Below are positions 48,674 through 61,823 of a DNA stretch of 64,000 nt, in pieces; within the stretch, counting starts at the first letter, position 1; each line of letters begins with the position of its first letter. The stretch spans positions 20,646,001 to 20,710,000 of the forward strand of contig NC_079166.1 of NCBI RefSeq assembly GCF_947568905.1, in the 5' to 3' direction. The notes beneath the pieces are model-generated. The model saw only the letters and a list, made by a program, of their open reading frames with translations. It was not told the origin of the DNA and did no database searches. This DNA comes from Ostrea edulis. Lineage: Eukaryota. The translations under genes and the position numbers were made by a program.

Positions 48674-49664
48674 CTCTAGGAATACCCCAGTAAACATTTC
48701 AATTACACAGGCCCAGCATGTACACATGTATTACGCATGGAGATGTGCGATATATATTCAGACAGTATGATCTATCGTATGAATTTGTCCATTGGTTCTC
48801 ATAATTTTTACAAATTATGTAGATCTACGTTTAATTAATATAGGCTACAGTTCAAAGTTTCTTATAAAATATTAAGTCTGTCAATCATAACTGTAAAGTT
48901 GTAGCAACGTGTTACATTAACAAATGTCCGAATATTACAGCAATGTCAAACACGGCTGTAAGCTCTATCTATTTTACATTTGCACTTGAGAATTTGAACG
49001 CACAATATTCATAGATCGAACGGAGATAATATTACCGTTTTGTTTTCAATTTCAACTATTTAAGTTCGTAAATTCATAAGTCCCTTGTATATACGTGGAA
49101 AGACACCTACAAAAACACACAGAAAGTTTGTTTTTAATGAAGTAGATCAATTTAAATACATATCAAAATATATCTTGTTAAATAATATTTGACAAAACTT
49201 GTGTTGAAATGTAGAGTATTCTCTTAATTATGTTTACGTTTTTTCGATTGAAGGGCAATAACTCTAAATGGAAAACATAGTTTACTAGTGGAGGATCCTA
49301 GTTTTTTTTTCTTTCGTTTTGTTTTATATATACACACGAAAATCAAACGCTTTAATTGATTTTAGAATTTTTATTTTGTGCTATAGACAAAATTGATATT
49401 GAAAAGATATGTTTTAAATGTTAGGAAAAAAAAAAAATCTATAAAGGTGAAACGGCAACCCCCCCCCCCCCCCCCCCCCCCCCCCACCCCCGAAAATGTA
49501 TTACAATACTACTGATAATTTTTCTATTATTTATATTATTTCATGGTTTTTGCACCAGTTTTCTTTTTGGATTAGGAAAATGGTTTACTTTTTCCTTAAA
49601 AAAGGACTTTGGAAGGGTCCATTAAACAGACCCAGGTTGGGAGATTTCAGGCTCTCATGGACTT

Positions 49665-49762
49665 AATTTCCGTGGAAACGAGGGGGTTATTTATATTCGG
49701 TCTTTCCTACCCCGGGATAGGAAAGACCGAATATAAATAACTTCCTCGTTTCCACAGAAATT
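49665..49762. repeat. 98-bp near-perfect inverted repeat (foldback)
   Basis: 24-bp perfect core gttatttatattcggtctttccta / taggaaagaccgaatataaataac around a central cccggg, plus further paired arms. Confidence 0.95.
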
Positions 49763-50086
49763 TACATGGACTACATAATAGAAATAAATTAACCATGTAT
49801 ACATTGTTGTAAACCCCATACCCCCTCTATATGTCACACTGACATTAATCAACAAAACATTTGAAGATACACATTTTCAGTTTATTAGTGGGAAAAAAAA
49901 TAATTCCAAGTTCTTGAATACAATTTATTAATTGATTCACCAAGCATTAATTAACAAGTTAATTGATTTATAATTAGATTTTAGGAAAAATAACCTAGGC
50001 TAATGGGTTTTAACATGAAGATAAGATTTTCATCCAACCCAAATTGTATATTTTAATTACATGTATATGACATAAATATTTCAGAT

Positions 50087-50742
50087 ATGCCAAGGAGTGG
50101 TCCCTAATTCTTTCTCTGTTTCAACTGTCCATGGAGAGTAAAACCAAAACACAGATCCAGGATTTCAAAGAAATATAGGTCAGTGATCACCACTCTGATA
50201 GGGAGGGCACCATCTGATCATGATTTTCTGTGCAATATATGCCAGAGTGTGTGTGTTGCTCCCATATTAAACAGAAGAATATCAAGTCGGTTAGGCAACA
50301 GATTCAAGACAGTCCAGCACCACCACCACCAGCAGCAGTTCTTCCAATTAGTCCCCCTTCTGTATCACTCCCATCCCCATGTACATCAAGAGGGCACACT
50401 TCATGCTGTATCTGCGAGTTACCAGGTCCAAAGTTAGTTGTAGTCCCAGTAGGAGTAAGGCATGAAATCTTCATTTCAAAAGAGGCCATCATTCCTGCCG
50501 GGGCTCGCTTCTGTACAAATCACCTACAACAAGACATAGAAGAACTTGAACCTATTGCTGACAACACCATGTTCAACAAAACAGGAGTGACATAATTAAT
50601 CAAACAAGTTTTTGAGAGCTGAAGTTTTGAGAAAAGAGAAAATAAGGTTGGATTTTGACGACAGTGAAAGTCTAACAGTGAGCATCAGAATCTCCTGGGA
50701 ACCCCTAAAGCTGCTTTTGAGGACTTGCTGACATATGTAAAC
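50087..50742 (+). mobile_element. Decayed transposase N-terminus, probably PIF/Harbinger-ISL2EU type
   Basis: 'GHTSCCICELPGPKLVVVPVGVRHEIFISKEAIIPAGARFCTNHL' followed by a frameshifted 'DFDDSESL...LLGTPKAAFEDLLTY' (HTH-like). Family recalled, not searched. Confidence 0.45.
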
Positions 50743-52354
50743 CTGTAGAATATGGAAACTTGTGCTAGATAAAAGCTTTATAACCTTTCTACCAGTGATG
50801 TATTTATTAACAATTAAAAGGGTATTTGATTTTAGCAGAATAATTACTTATTATGAACTACTAGTATTATCATTATGATACTTAACTGGCAAATAACAAA
50901 CAACAAACATGATTTGTAAATGTTACTTCCTGTATAGATCTACATGATACTTCTATTTTGGGAACATTATCAAAATAGGCCAATTTAGATTATTTCTCAT
51001 TCTGTGGCATTTACAAGCATGTATACATTACATGTAAATGCAATATAATCCAAACAATTTAAAACTACAGAGCCTTAGGATATATTCTATTTCAAATATG
51101 TATCTAGATGTAATTCTATTCAAATCTATATTAATGCCTGGAAGATTTTTAGATCACAGCTCATGAATTACGTTCTGTCAGTCAATAATGTATTGCACAA
51201 ACATTTAAAAAAAATTGTTGGTTAAAAGACCTCAGTATCTTTACATGATTAATACGTATAGGAATATACAATTATTGATCAAGATAAATACAGTAAAATT
51301 TATACAGTATCATTTCTCAAATCGTATTTTCAGAGTCAATAATATACTGACTCTGATCCCCTATATCGGTGTTGTGTTGTTATTATTCACGCTTTGAAAT
51401 CTACATGTACATGTAACAAAAAGATCATTTGATACTTACTATTAGGTGTCTACAGTAATTTTCCTTTAATCAGGTTTCACAGCAAATGCTCGTTGAACGT
51501 GTAATTCCGAGTAAATTCGAATTGAACATGTTTTGACGAGACGCGGTGTCAACTTATTTCGTTACCATTGCTTTCGATACTCGGTCGTTTTAATACTAAA
51601 AAAAAAAAAAAATAAGAAAGAAAACAAAAAAAACCAAAACTATGGAATATGATATGAAACAGAATTGTTCCAATGATTCACTTCTTTCACCATGTAAATA
51701 AACTACATACTATATTTATTCTTCTTATTTCAGTATTTTAAAATTCAAGTAAAAATAATTTAAAAGTAAAGTTGAACAATCACGGCTTTGAACATCATTT
51801 CCAAAATATTTCTTATTTCTATTTCCCAAATTTGGTCAAAAATGCTTATTATGATCATTGAATAAGCCATTCTAGCTATTTGAGTGCATATAACTTGATA
51901 AATTCAGAGATTTATAGGTTCATGTACATTGTACATGGTCATTGGAGGTTTATTGTTGTGACGTGTATCCCGAAATGTTAATTTTTTAACATTAAATACC
52001 ACAATATTCAACGTCATATTAACAAAAAAGTATAGAATATATGAAAAAAGAAAAACATTTCTAGAAAGCCTATATCCCGAAGATTATTATATACAGAAAT
52101 TATCAATTTCCCAGGCTAGGCCATTTTTCATGGTTCGTGGGTCATGTTCTTTTCTCTAAAGCGACGTTAAATGTCATCTTTGTAAAGTTTTTTAATTGAT
52201 ATAATTATGGAATAATCGTCAATACTATGAGGATCTGTATAGAAATGAATACCAATCGTATTGACGATTATTCTATAATAGGGACGACAAATCAATGCAA
52301 GATACCTATCTATAAAAGATATACATTTTGAATGTGTTCACCAGAACAGTAAAA

Positions 52355-52800
52355 TGAAAGGCAGATATATCGAACAGTGATCTAATTTGACGTTGGGTTT
52401 TTATCTTTAGGTGTAAATTGTACTTCTTTAGCCAAATTAAGAAAGATTGTATTGCTTATAGGAGTTACGAGATTGATCACTGTTTGTTATCTTCGCCTTG
52501 CATTATGTTCTGCAACAAAATCTGATTTTTGTAATCGAATGAAAAGAGAAGATAACGAACACTGATTAATCTCTGCCTAATTTTCTATGTCGTATTCCTT
52601 ATAACAGTTATGCGATTGCTTACTGTTCGTTATCTACAGCTTTCTTTTATTTAACTGATCATGATATAGGGCTCACAACGGGTGTAACCCGTCAATAGGG
52701 ATGGATTCCACATCTAGTATTTGCTCTATGCTAACTTGTGTATTCTCTTTGATATTTATAAGTTTGATCACTGTTTGTTATCGTTAGTTTTCCTCTTTAT
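52355..52800. mobile_element. Cluster of short Penelope-like 3'-end fragments in both orientations
   Basis: Repeated gaagataacgaacagtgat / gagattgatcactgtttgttatcttc motifs. Confidence 0.7.
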
Positions 52801-53962
52801 AATGACGTTGAAATTTACAAAAATGCTAGTTTTAATTGAAAATATTGGAAAGCCTGTAACATCCACGTCAGCAGTCTCCCTCTATTTAAAAAAATTATCA
52901 AATGCATAAACTGCTCTTGCATATTGAAAGCAATTGATAAACATAAGTTTTACGCAAACATTTGCTGTATACACATACAAGTTTAATTTTGTGAAAGAAA
53001 ATCATCGTAAACTTTTATCAGTCTAATAATGTTGTTCCAGCTAGGGAAGCTTTGTGAATATGTACATGAGTGTTTGGCAATATGTTCTGGAAAAGAGGAC
53101 AAACAGTGCAGTCATTTACCATTATACAGTATGGCTGTACATATATCTCATTCTTATAGTGCACCAATGAAGTATCGTTAGAACTTTTGTGGAAAGACAT
53201 CACTGTATCCTGATTCTGAATATGATCTTATTTCTTTGTTATATTGTGCTTCAAGTTGTTTACATGAACCATTTAGGTCAAATCAAAGTAACAAACGAAT
53301 AAATACACGTAACAGGAAAACCGGGGGATTTTCCTCCACAGCATATGTTAAGTCATCGTTTGCTTGACTGATTTCAAACCATTCTTTGGCTGCTGACCTC
53401 TTGTAACAATCAATTGGAACTAAGACGAGATACAGGCATGGCGTATCAAATTACTCTATCTTCAAAATATCCATTCCCTTCAATGTGTTTTTGTACATGC
53501 ACATTGCATAATAATTTCTTAAAGGGATACGAAATATGATAGTAATTAGCATTGTCTATCCGAGCACCATACTTCCTTGTTATTCCAATTGAGAGATAAT
53601 GAAAATCATGGAACAATGGCGCTTGTTGTGTTTGTATTCCCCCATTGATTTGAGTTTCATGGCCCCGGAACGTGAATGGACTCTATCAATCAACAATCTT
53701 CGAGTGAAATATATCTGCGGGTCTCCTAACCAAAGTACATTGTAATTAAGCCGAAATTCGCGTTTGAAATATTTGACCACCAGGTAAAAACAGATATCGA
53801 CACTAAAATAAAATTCACGTAAAAAGGCAGTCTTAGAGATAAATTTTCATGTGAGGTGATTTATGAATACATGGTCGTTATATGATATGATATTCTTCAA
53901 GAAATGTATGGGTCATCGTACATAGTAATTTTTATTATCATTTTAGATATTTTTATGCAATA

Positions 53963-54887
53963 CTAGATAAAACCCCGCGCAAGCACGGGGAATCACAAAT
54001 AATATTGCATATAGGTAAGACTTTTTAATGCGTGTTTAAATTGTTGCGCACATGAATTGAATGTAAGATGTCTTTAATCCAAATGATTTCAAGAACAATT
54101 TTTGAATAATTTCGTACATTAGTTATGTTATATTCATTGATATTATATACTGTACATTGAATAAAACTTCAGTATTAGAAAGTTACTTGAGCTCCAAAAT
54201 AAATGTTTCTTATGTAACATAACCGATCTGTCTTCGTATTGAAAATTTGATAATACTTTCACGTATGCACTTGTAATCCGTCATGCCGAATAGTTGAACA
54301 AAGACAAAATGAACAGTCGTTCATAATTTCAAAATTTGAGACTACACATTGCGAATGTGTTTATAGTTGGTAGCTTTTCTTCAGTACACGTCGTTTCTCC
54401 TGGTCAAACGCAATAATCGAAAATGTAATGAACTACACATCTATATGAATGACAAACATTGTCAGGTAGTGTATAAGTTAATTTCGGTAAAACAAAAATA
54501 ACTTTAAAGTTATAAGGAGCAAACTTTTCAGGACATTCTCGATATATCAGACAGTTTTCGACTTATTGCTTACTTTCAATATCTGTGTCATCACAAAACA
54601 TGTTCAACCTAAATAAAACATTTTGTGTCTGTTCATGTCATTGTACATATGAATGATTAATGATAAATTATTACAAAAAGTCAAAATAGTGACTTCTATA
54701 ATCACAGAAAAATTGAACAAAAACGAAAATATCGGATGAATATCGCATTTAGAAAATTATCGATGAGTCAGATCGTTGGTCCTAGGAAGGAGTGTCCTTC
54801 ATTGAATGAGATGAATATAAGTACTAGAATTATAAATCTTCAGAAAACGATAAATATCGGTCTAGTCAAAACTATCATAAGTATAAT
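53963..54887 (-). mobile_element. Non-autonomous Helitron-like element
   Basis: On the minus strand a GC hairpin ccccgtgcttgcgcgggg (53973-53990) is followed 6 nt later by CTAG|T, the Helitron 3' signature. The 5' end is approximate. Confidence 0.6.
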
Positions 54888-55534
54888 GAACACGTAACAC
54901 ACTTTTATGCTGATCATGATGTAAATAGTAACTTTTAGATTGCCGGAAAGACCTGAGAATGGTTGTAGACCTGTTCTGTCTATTTCGTTCTATAAATTTC
55001 CATAAGGCTGATTCAAGAAGGATTGAAGAAACAAACATGCATATATTATTTATTCAACAATTAGGAAAATTTATTTCTTCTGTAAAATCAAAATCAAGAA
55101 TCGATAAACAACGGATTTACCATGCATCGTATTATCTTTTGAAAGTTGTCATTAGAAAGCTTAGATGTGCCACTTTACTCTCATTTTTGCTATTTCGGGC
55201 TAGTTTATCGAAAACGAGAGTATGTTTTTAATAAATTTTACGATATCTATTAATCCAGTAAGATTCTATTATAGCTTATGGACTTCACCTCACATATGAA
55301 ACAATATTAAAGGTGCAAGCAATAACTCTGGAGCAAGCGTTTCAAAGGTTATTGGTAAAATGTTAATCTATAAGAATGTTGTAAATCTTAAAAATATTTT
55401 CATGCATGATTTTGTATTTTCCCCTTTATGGTAATCGTCATATATTCTTTGATAATAAAGGAGCACCCTCCGTTATGGAAATGTACATTAGAGGCAGGCT
55501 ACTGACAAATACGTTGATGTTATAAGGCTTTCAA

Positions 55535-55800
55535 CATTTCCTTTCAAATCATCATTTCACAAATACTATGATCGTTATAACGGTCTAAGTTATCATTTAT
55601 ACCCGTCCTTAGGTCCAATGCTGTTTAATTTGTGTCATTTCAATTGTTAGGCTGTTTTTTAAATGCGACTTTTGACTACGGATTACTCCTAATTAATATA
55701 TGTGGTTCGTGAGAATGTGATAGACAAACTCTTCCTAGGCACTAGATCCCACCTCTGATGTGTCTAGGGGTCCGTGTTAATGGAAATCATGAGATTGACC
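55535..55800 (+). mobile_element. Decayed Penelope-like 3' fragment
   Basis: 'aaatactatgatcgttataacg...ctagatcccacctctgatgtgtctaggggtccgtg'. Confidence 0.75.
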
Positions 55801-56189
55801 ATTGTTCGGATTTTAGTCTTGTCCCGAATGATATAAATACATAGCAAAATGGCTCAAATCCAATGTACCTACATATGATATAATCTTTATAACTCGGTGG
55901 GTGCGTAACAAAATGTCGTCTCGAGGAACGAGTGAACAACTGTTGATCGGCCCAATTGACGAATACGACATGCCCCATTTTGTTCGGTGGAAACATTTAT
56001 TAACAAGCTAAAAACAAGAAATGAGTAATTTACAATGTAACGTTACTACATTTAGTGTAGTTTTAGTGGGTTTTTTGTGTATATTTAGCCATCTTATATA
56101 AACCTTTTCATTTGTTCCGAAAACTTGACTTGTTCTTGTCGTGAGTCACTTTAGTGTATGTTTGTTTTCAGTTGATCCCGGTGTAAAAT

Positions 56190-58440
56190 ATAACAATTTA
56201 CTCTGTTCCACTGAGAATCTTGAATACGCCAAATGTACTCCATACAGAATATAGACTGTTCTGTATTATTATGGATACTGTTCATCACAGGAACCATAAA
56301 CCACCACGGGTTATGAATCACCGATCCAAATCATGCCGACAGTACCTCAAACTCACATTTAGTAACTATGGAATAGATGCCGTCAATATAAGCAAACTTC
56401 TTCGTCATAAAAAAAGTACGGTCTTGTATTCCAACATATTTCAAGTTCAACTCTACACCTTGCATTTCCCACAAAAATAGTTTTGTTATTGCGTCGAAAT
56501 GTTTTAATTACAAACTTTTCAGTGCCTAGATATAGACCATCTTAAATCTAATCCACCAACGTGTTCTTTGTCTTCTTTCAATTATAGTCCAGCTGTACAT
56601 ATTACTACGGATGTTTATATAGTTGAAAATAAGGACCTGAAATCACTTATTTCAATAGGTCCAAAATTCGGAGAATCTTGATCTTTCAATTGGCGATAGA
56701 ACTTTATCTCTTATGAATTTTGTCGAAGATTACGCAAGACAATGGACTGAATATGGAAAAGAACTTAATACCTCGTCAAAATGGATTAAAAGTATCAGAG
56801 GAATATTAAAATCCTGTATTAGACGCGTCAAAACAAAAGTTCATGCCGCCTATCCTTCTATGTTTAGTAAACCAGAAGTGATCAAAGAATTAGATATGTT
56901 ATATGAGGAATATGTCTCGGTTCAAACTGATATGGCTTGTAACAACATTCCCTTTCTCTGTAAGGCTCATTATCACATCTGTATTTTAAATGAACTTGGC
57001 ATTAATCCCACATCTGATAACCATACTTATACTCCAACTGCCATTTCAAAGATGGAATTCTTCAAAACCATGCTACAGTTTTAGACACATTTGATATCCT
57101 AGTTCATGGGATGGAAGAAATGAATGACCGTACCTATATTGGATTCCTAAACTTCACAAAAACCCTTACAAAGAAAGATACATCGCTGGATCGAGTAAAT
57201 GTTCTACAAAGCTCATATCTTTGTTCTTCATGAAAATACTAAAAGCTGTGAAGGAGAAACCTCAGACGTATTATATTAAAACATGGGCCTGAAGTGGTAT
57301 CAATGAAATGTGGATTCTAAAAAAGTCTAAATAACTTTTAGTACACTTGAAATAGCAAAGCTTTTCTCAAATCAACAATATCAAGACGTACGACTTTTCA
57401 ACACAGTACATGACAATTTCTCATGATAAATTAAAGACTATACTTTTTGACATTATTGATAGTTGTGTCTTTAACAAAAATGGAAAACGGAAATATGCAT
57501 ACAGTTTGTGACTACTGATCAATCATCAAAAACACTTTGTTGAACACCACTTTGATTCCACACACAAGAACTCTGAAGTTGAAACTAGAAATATACTGGA
57601 GTTCCTCATAGACAACATCTTCGTAGACGTTAGTGATCAGGTATTCCAACAGTCTGTTGGAATTCCCATTGGCATGCTATGTGCTCCTTTGTTAGCTGAC
57701 ATATTTTTATATTCTTATGAAACAGAAGCTATTCACTAACTTCTACATGAGAACAAAAAATATTTTGTTGTGGTCTTCAATGCGACATTTAGATATATCA
57801 AGGACGTTTTATCTATTACCAATAATAATTTTCATTCCTATGTCGATTAGATATATCCCAGTGAACTCGAAATAAGAGTGTCGTCCATATCTGCTTCGTA
57901 CTTGAATATCTGATTGAAAATAAATATCAACGACAGACTAACAACTCAACTTTATGACAAACGAAATGATTTCACCTTCCCCATCGTTAACTCTCCTTAT
58001 TTATGTAACAATATTCCATCATCACTTGCTCCCGTGGGGACCCAGGTTAGAATACATCCTCAGTACCCCTTGTTTGCCGTAAGAGGCGACTAAATGAGGC
58101 GGTTCTTTGGATGAGACCATAAAACCCGAGACTCCACGTCACAGCATGTGTGGCACGATCACGATCCCTCCCTGCTCAAAGGCTATAAGCGCCGAGCATA
58201 GCTCTAAATTTTGCAGCCCTTCACCGGCAATGGTGACGTCTCCATATGAGTGATAATATCCTCGAGAGGGACGTTAAACAATATGCAACCAACCAACCAT
58301 CATCACTTGTATATGCGTTTATATATCTCAAGCTGTTCGATACGCAAGAACTTGTTGTGCGTATGATATGCTTTTAAATCGAATTATCCTTTAACAATAA
58401 ATTTTACAATTGTTGATTATAAATATTTGTTACAAATCAG
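56190..58440 (+). mobile_element. Decayed Penelope-like element (pre-RT linker plus RT)
   Basis: ORF 56713..57084 matches the N-terminus of 40635..41684. The upstream 'QYLKLTFSNYGIDAVNISKLLRHKK' and 'ISIGPKFGE' are present. Many stops. Interrupted by the SINE at 58029. Confidence 0.9.
58029..58296 (+). mobile_element. SINE (Meta-like) with 13-bp TSD
   Basis: TSD ccatcatcacttg at 58016-58028 and 58297-58309; (AACC)n tail. Confidence 0.95.
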
Positions 58441-58639
58441 ATGAATTGTTGATACGAAGGCAAGCCAAGAAGTAACCAGCATATACCAAGTCCGATTGAC
58501 CTAGACGGTCACGATTTTCATGCTTTGTTTCAATGCATGTTTTATACCTGGGTAGAAAATTGCAGGCGTATCGAGTCATTCTTTGATAAGATATTGAATG
58601 TAGAACATGACTAATGTTGCAAAGGCATGGTTTTCATCT

Positions 58640-59100
58640 AAAGTTACGTACCGTGCTATAATTCTGCACTTGTCTTATGCACCACCTTATCCCCAAGTTA
58701 AATTCTGGGTAGGGGAATTCAAAGGTCTTTAGAAGATGAAGTCAGATCTGGACGCCCACTGGATTCCACCGTCGAAGAAATGTGTAAGAAAGTTTGGGAT
58801 TTGGTATACTCTGATAGGCGAATTCAGGTGGAGGAAATAGCGCAGGCATTAGGCATTTCATGTTGTAGCGATTGAACAATCTTACATGATCGTTTAGATA
58901 TGCACAAGGTAACAGCCCGTTTGGTCCCCAAATCCTTTAGAGATGAGCCAATGGCAACCAGAGCATCCGTATGCAGCGCCTTGTTGAAGCATTTTGGGTC
59001 AAAAGATGATTTTCGTTTGCGTCTGGTGACAGTAAATGAGACTTGGGTCCGTTATCACTAGCCAGAGTATAAAGCTCAGAGTCGTCAGTGGGTACGACCT
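58640..59100 (+). mobile_element. Mariner transposase fragment
   Basis: Manual translation: DEVRSGRP...VYSDRRIQVEEIAQALGIS...LHDRLDMHKVTARLVPK...LVTVNETWV..*PEYKAQSRQW. Confidence 0.9.
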
Positions 59101-59719
59101 TGGAGATCTGATTGAACAAAAAATGCATTACATCTATATACACTGATAATAATAAATTAGGTCGGCTAATTCAGAACGTATTTAGGACCTTGTGATATTC
59201 TATATTGCTAGAACAATTTATCTTGAAAATACTGCATTTTTTTTTATCATCGTCCTTACCGGGATAGCAGGTACATTTGGTATCGAGACAGGCTACTGTT
59301 GTTACAGGGACTTCGACAGTTCCGTCTAAAGTAAGCAATTAGAAAATGCTATAACTATGCATTATAACGATATACTTCGCGAGTAAAACCTATCAATGGA
59401 TCAAATTATATCGTTATAACGACGATATATATAATTTGCGAATTGGTGATTTTAATTCAGTATGTTATAACTCTTGTAACACGAAACAATTCTTTAGTAG
59501 CATGCTTCCATTTGACAACTGATCATACTCAGCACAAGCTCTTGCGTATCGAATCAGTTTATCAACATAAACACCATATGCAACGAGGGGTACTGAGGAC
59601 CTTTTCTAATACGGATGCCCACGGGATGGTTACATGAACAATATGTTTGATTCCAGTTGACAAACCTTGTAACAATATTGTTTTTGTAAGATTCGTTATT
59701 ACAACTGCATCTTATACGA

Positions 59720-59978
59720 ACGCGGTATTAATAGGTCATCAGTACCCTTTGCGTCTCTTAAGAGACGACTGAATAGGGCGGGTCTTTGAATGAGACCACA
59801 GAAGCCAACTCCCATTGTCACAGCAGTGTGGGACGATAAAGATCTCTCCCTGCTCAATGGTCATAAGCGCCGAGCATAGACCTCAATTTTGCAGCCTTTC
59901 AATGGCAACTGTAACGTCTCCATATGAGTGAAATGTTCTCGAGTAGGACGTTAAACTATATACAACCAACCAACTAAC
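59720..59978 (+). mobile_element. SINE (Meta-like), diverged copy; a 5' fragment of another copy lies at 59582-59626 on the minus strand
   Basis: Collinear with 58029-58296. Confidence 0.85.
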
Positions 59979-60032
59979 CTCATTTAACATATTCAATTAT
60001 CTTATTACTCCTAGTTTACTACACACAGAAGG

Positions 60033-60286
60033 GGGACTGCGTGGCGTAGTAGTTAGATCATCGCGTTCAAAATCACACTGCCTCTCACCTCTGCTCAGCG
60101 CTGGATCGAATCCCGCTCGCGCCGTTAAGTGAGAAAGTTTCCCAGTTTATTTGCGGAAGGTCGGTGGTCTCTTTCCAGGCACATTGTATCTGGGTTCTCT
60201 CTTCCACCAAGAAAAACCGGGCGCCACCATATAACTGAAAAATTGTTGAGTGTGGCGGAAAACATCAATCAATCAAATCAATCAAA
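60033..60286 (+). mobile_element. tRNA-derived SINE (second family) with 13-bp TSD
   Basis: A-box TGGCGTAGTAG, B-box GGATCGAATCC, (AATC)n tail. TSD tacacacagaagg at 60020-60032 and 60287-60299. Inserted in a PLE RT fragment. Confidence 0.93.
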
Positions 60287-60516
60287 TACACACAGAAGGA
60301 TAGATACATGTAATACGCACTTTTCTTTCGATGTGTCTCATACGTCATTTTCATATTCCTATTATATTTTTATCCATTCTGACAAGGTACCAAGTTCTTT
60401 TTCATATTCATCCCACAGTTTGGCATAATATTCGACAGAATTCGGGATGCTTACTGCTCCTCGGTACCTGATTCCACCTCTGTTTTGTTCTCAACTCTTA
60501 ATTTTGTATTCATTAG

Positions 60517-61091
60517 CAGACCTGGGGTCAATTACTTTAAAATGTAATGCATTAAATTACAATTACATTGAAATGTTCACCATTATAATTACAATTACCA
60601 TTACTTTCATTCATGTAAGTAATTAATTAAATTATAATTACTTTGCTAAAGTAATGAACTACATTACTCATTACAATGGGGAAAAAAATACAAAGAAAAT
60701 TTATGAACACAATTTATTTGAAGTTAACTTTGAAATCAGAGTGATTGTCAATCGCACTATGACTATGTATCAATATCTGCCCTAAACAAATACTTTGCTG
60801 TTTATTCAAATACATATAGTAATATCGCATATTTTATTTCCAAAGAGGTCTAAATTATGGGGTTAGTAACCCCCTAATTTAGACCTCTTTGCAAATATAT
60901 GATGTTGATATGTAATTCAAATGTAATTGAAAAGTAATGGTCATTACTGGCATTTTTATGAAAGTAATGCATTACATTACAATTACTTGTAATTCAAAAA
61001 TGAGTGCATTACATATTACACCCCATTGCTTTACAAAAAATGTAATGATTACAATGCATTACCATTACACATTACCGTTACTCCAGGTCTG
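60517..61091. mobile_element. hAT-type MITE (575 bp) nested in a PLE 3' repeat
   Basis: TIRs cagacctgg.gt.a; 8-bp TSD ttcattag / tttattag (7/8 match). The flanks rejoin into the PLE 3' end. Confidence 0.85.
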
Positions 61092-61823
61092 TTTATTAGA
61101 GGTGTTATGGGATTGATTACTGTTCGTTATCTTAGGCTTTTATGAGAGAAAAAATATGTCATCAATTGAAAGGCCTTTTCTGAATTTACGACCTTTAAAA
61201 GTAAGTGATTTCATGTCCTAATTTTAAATATATCAACATCACCAATAATGACATGTTCAGCTGGATTATAGTTGAAAGAAGATGAATAACGAGAACACGT
61301 AGTTCGATTAAGCATAAGATGGTCTATATCTAGGCACTGTAAAGCTAGTTTGTAATTAAAAATTTAGATGTATACTTTTAAGAAGTACAGGATGTAGACT
61401 TGAAATTGAAATATACTGAAAATCTTTTATGCATAGCTATATCTAAGTTGTTAATTACATGTATCTTGATGGCCATGCAATACAGACTTTTAAACATTTA
61501 AAAAAGCACCTTGAAGATACATGTAATTATGGATTTAAATTTTATGACAATCTTGAATTGTAATCAACAATACAGATTTGGAAGAAACGTGAAAAACGTA
61601 TGGACACTCATGCATTTATTTATATTTTAATTTGCAATACAAACTGAATTAAAATCATAAAAACAAACATTTGCCTATACTAGGATGTTTGGAGTTTCCT
61701 ACATGAATTATTTCATTCCAACGATAGCTTTAACATATACTCTATGCAAACTTTCAAAGAGTGAAAGATGTAGAAAAAAATCTTTCATCAAAATTCAACG
61801 CATTCAACAAGTCAAAGTACATT

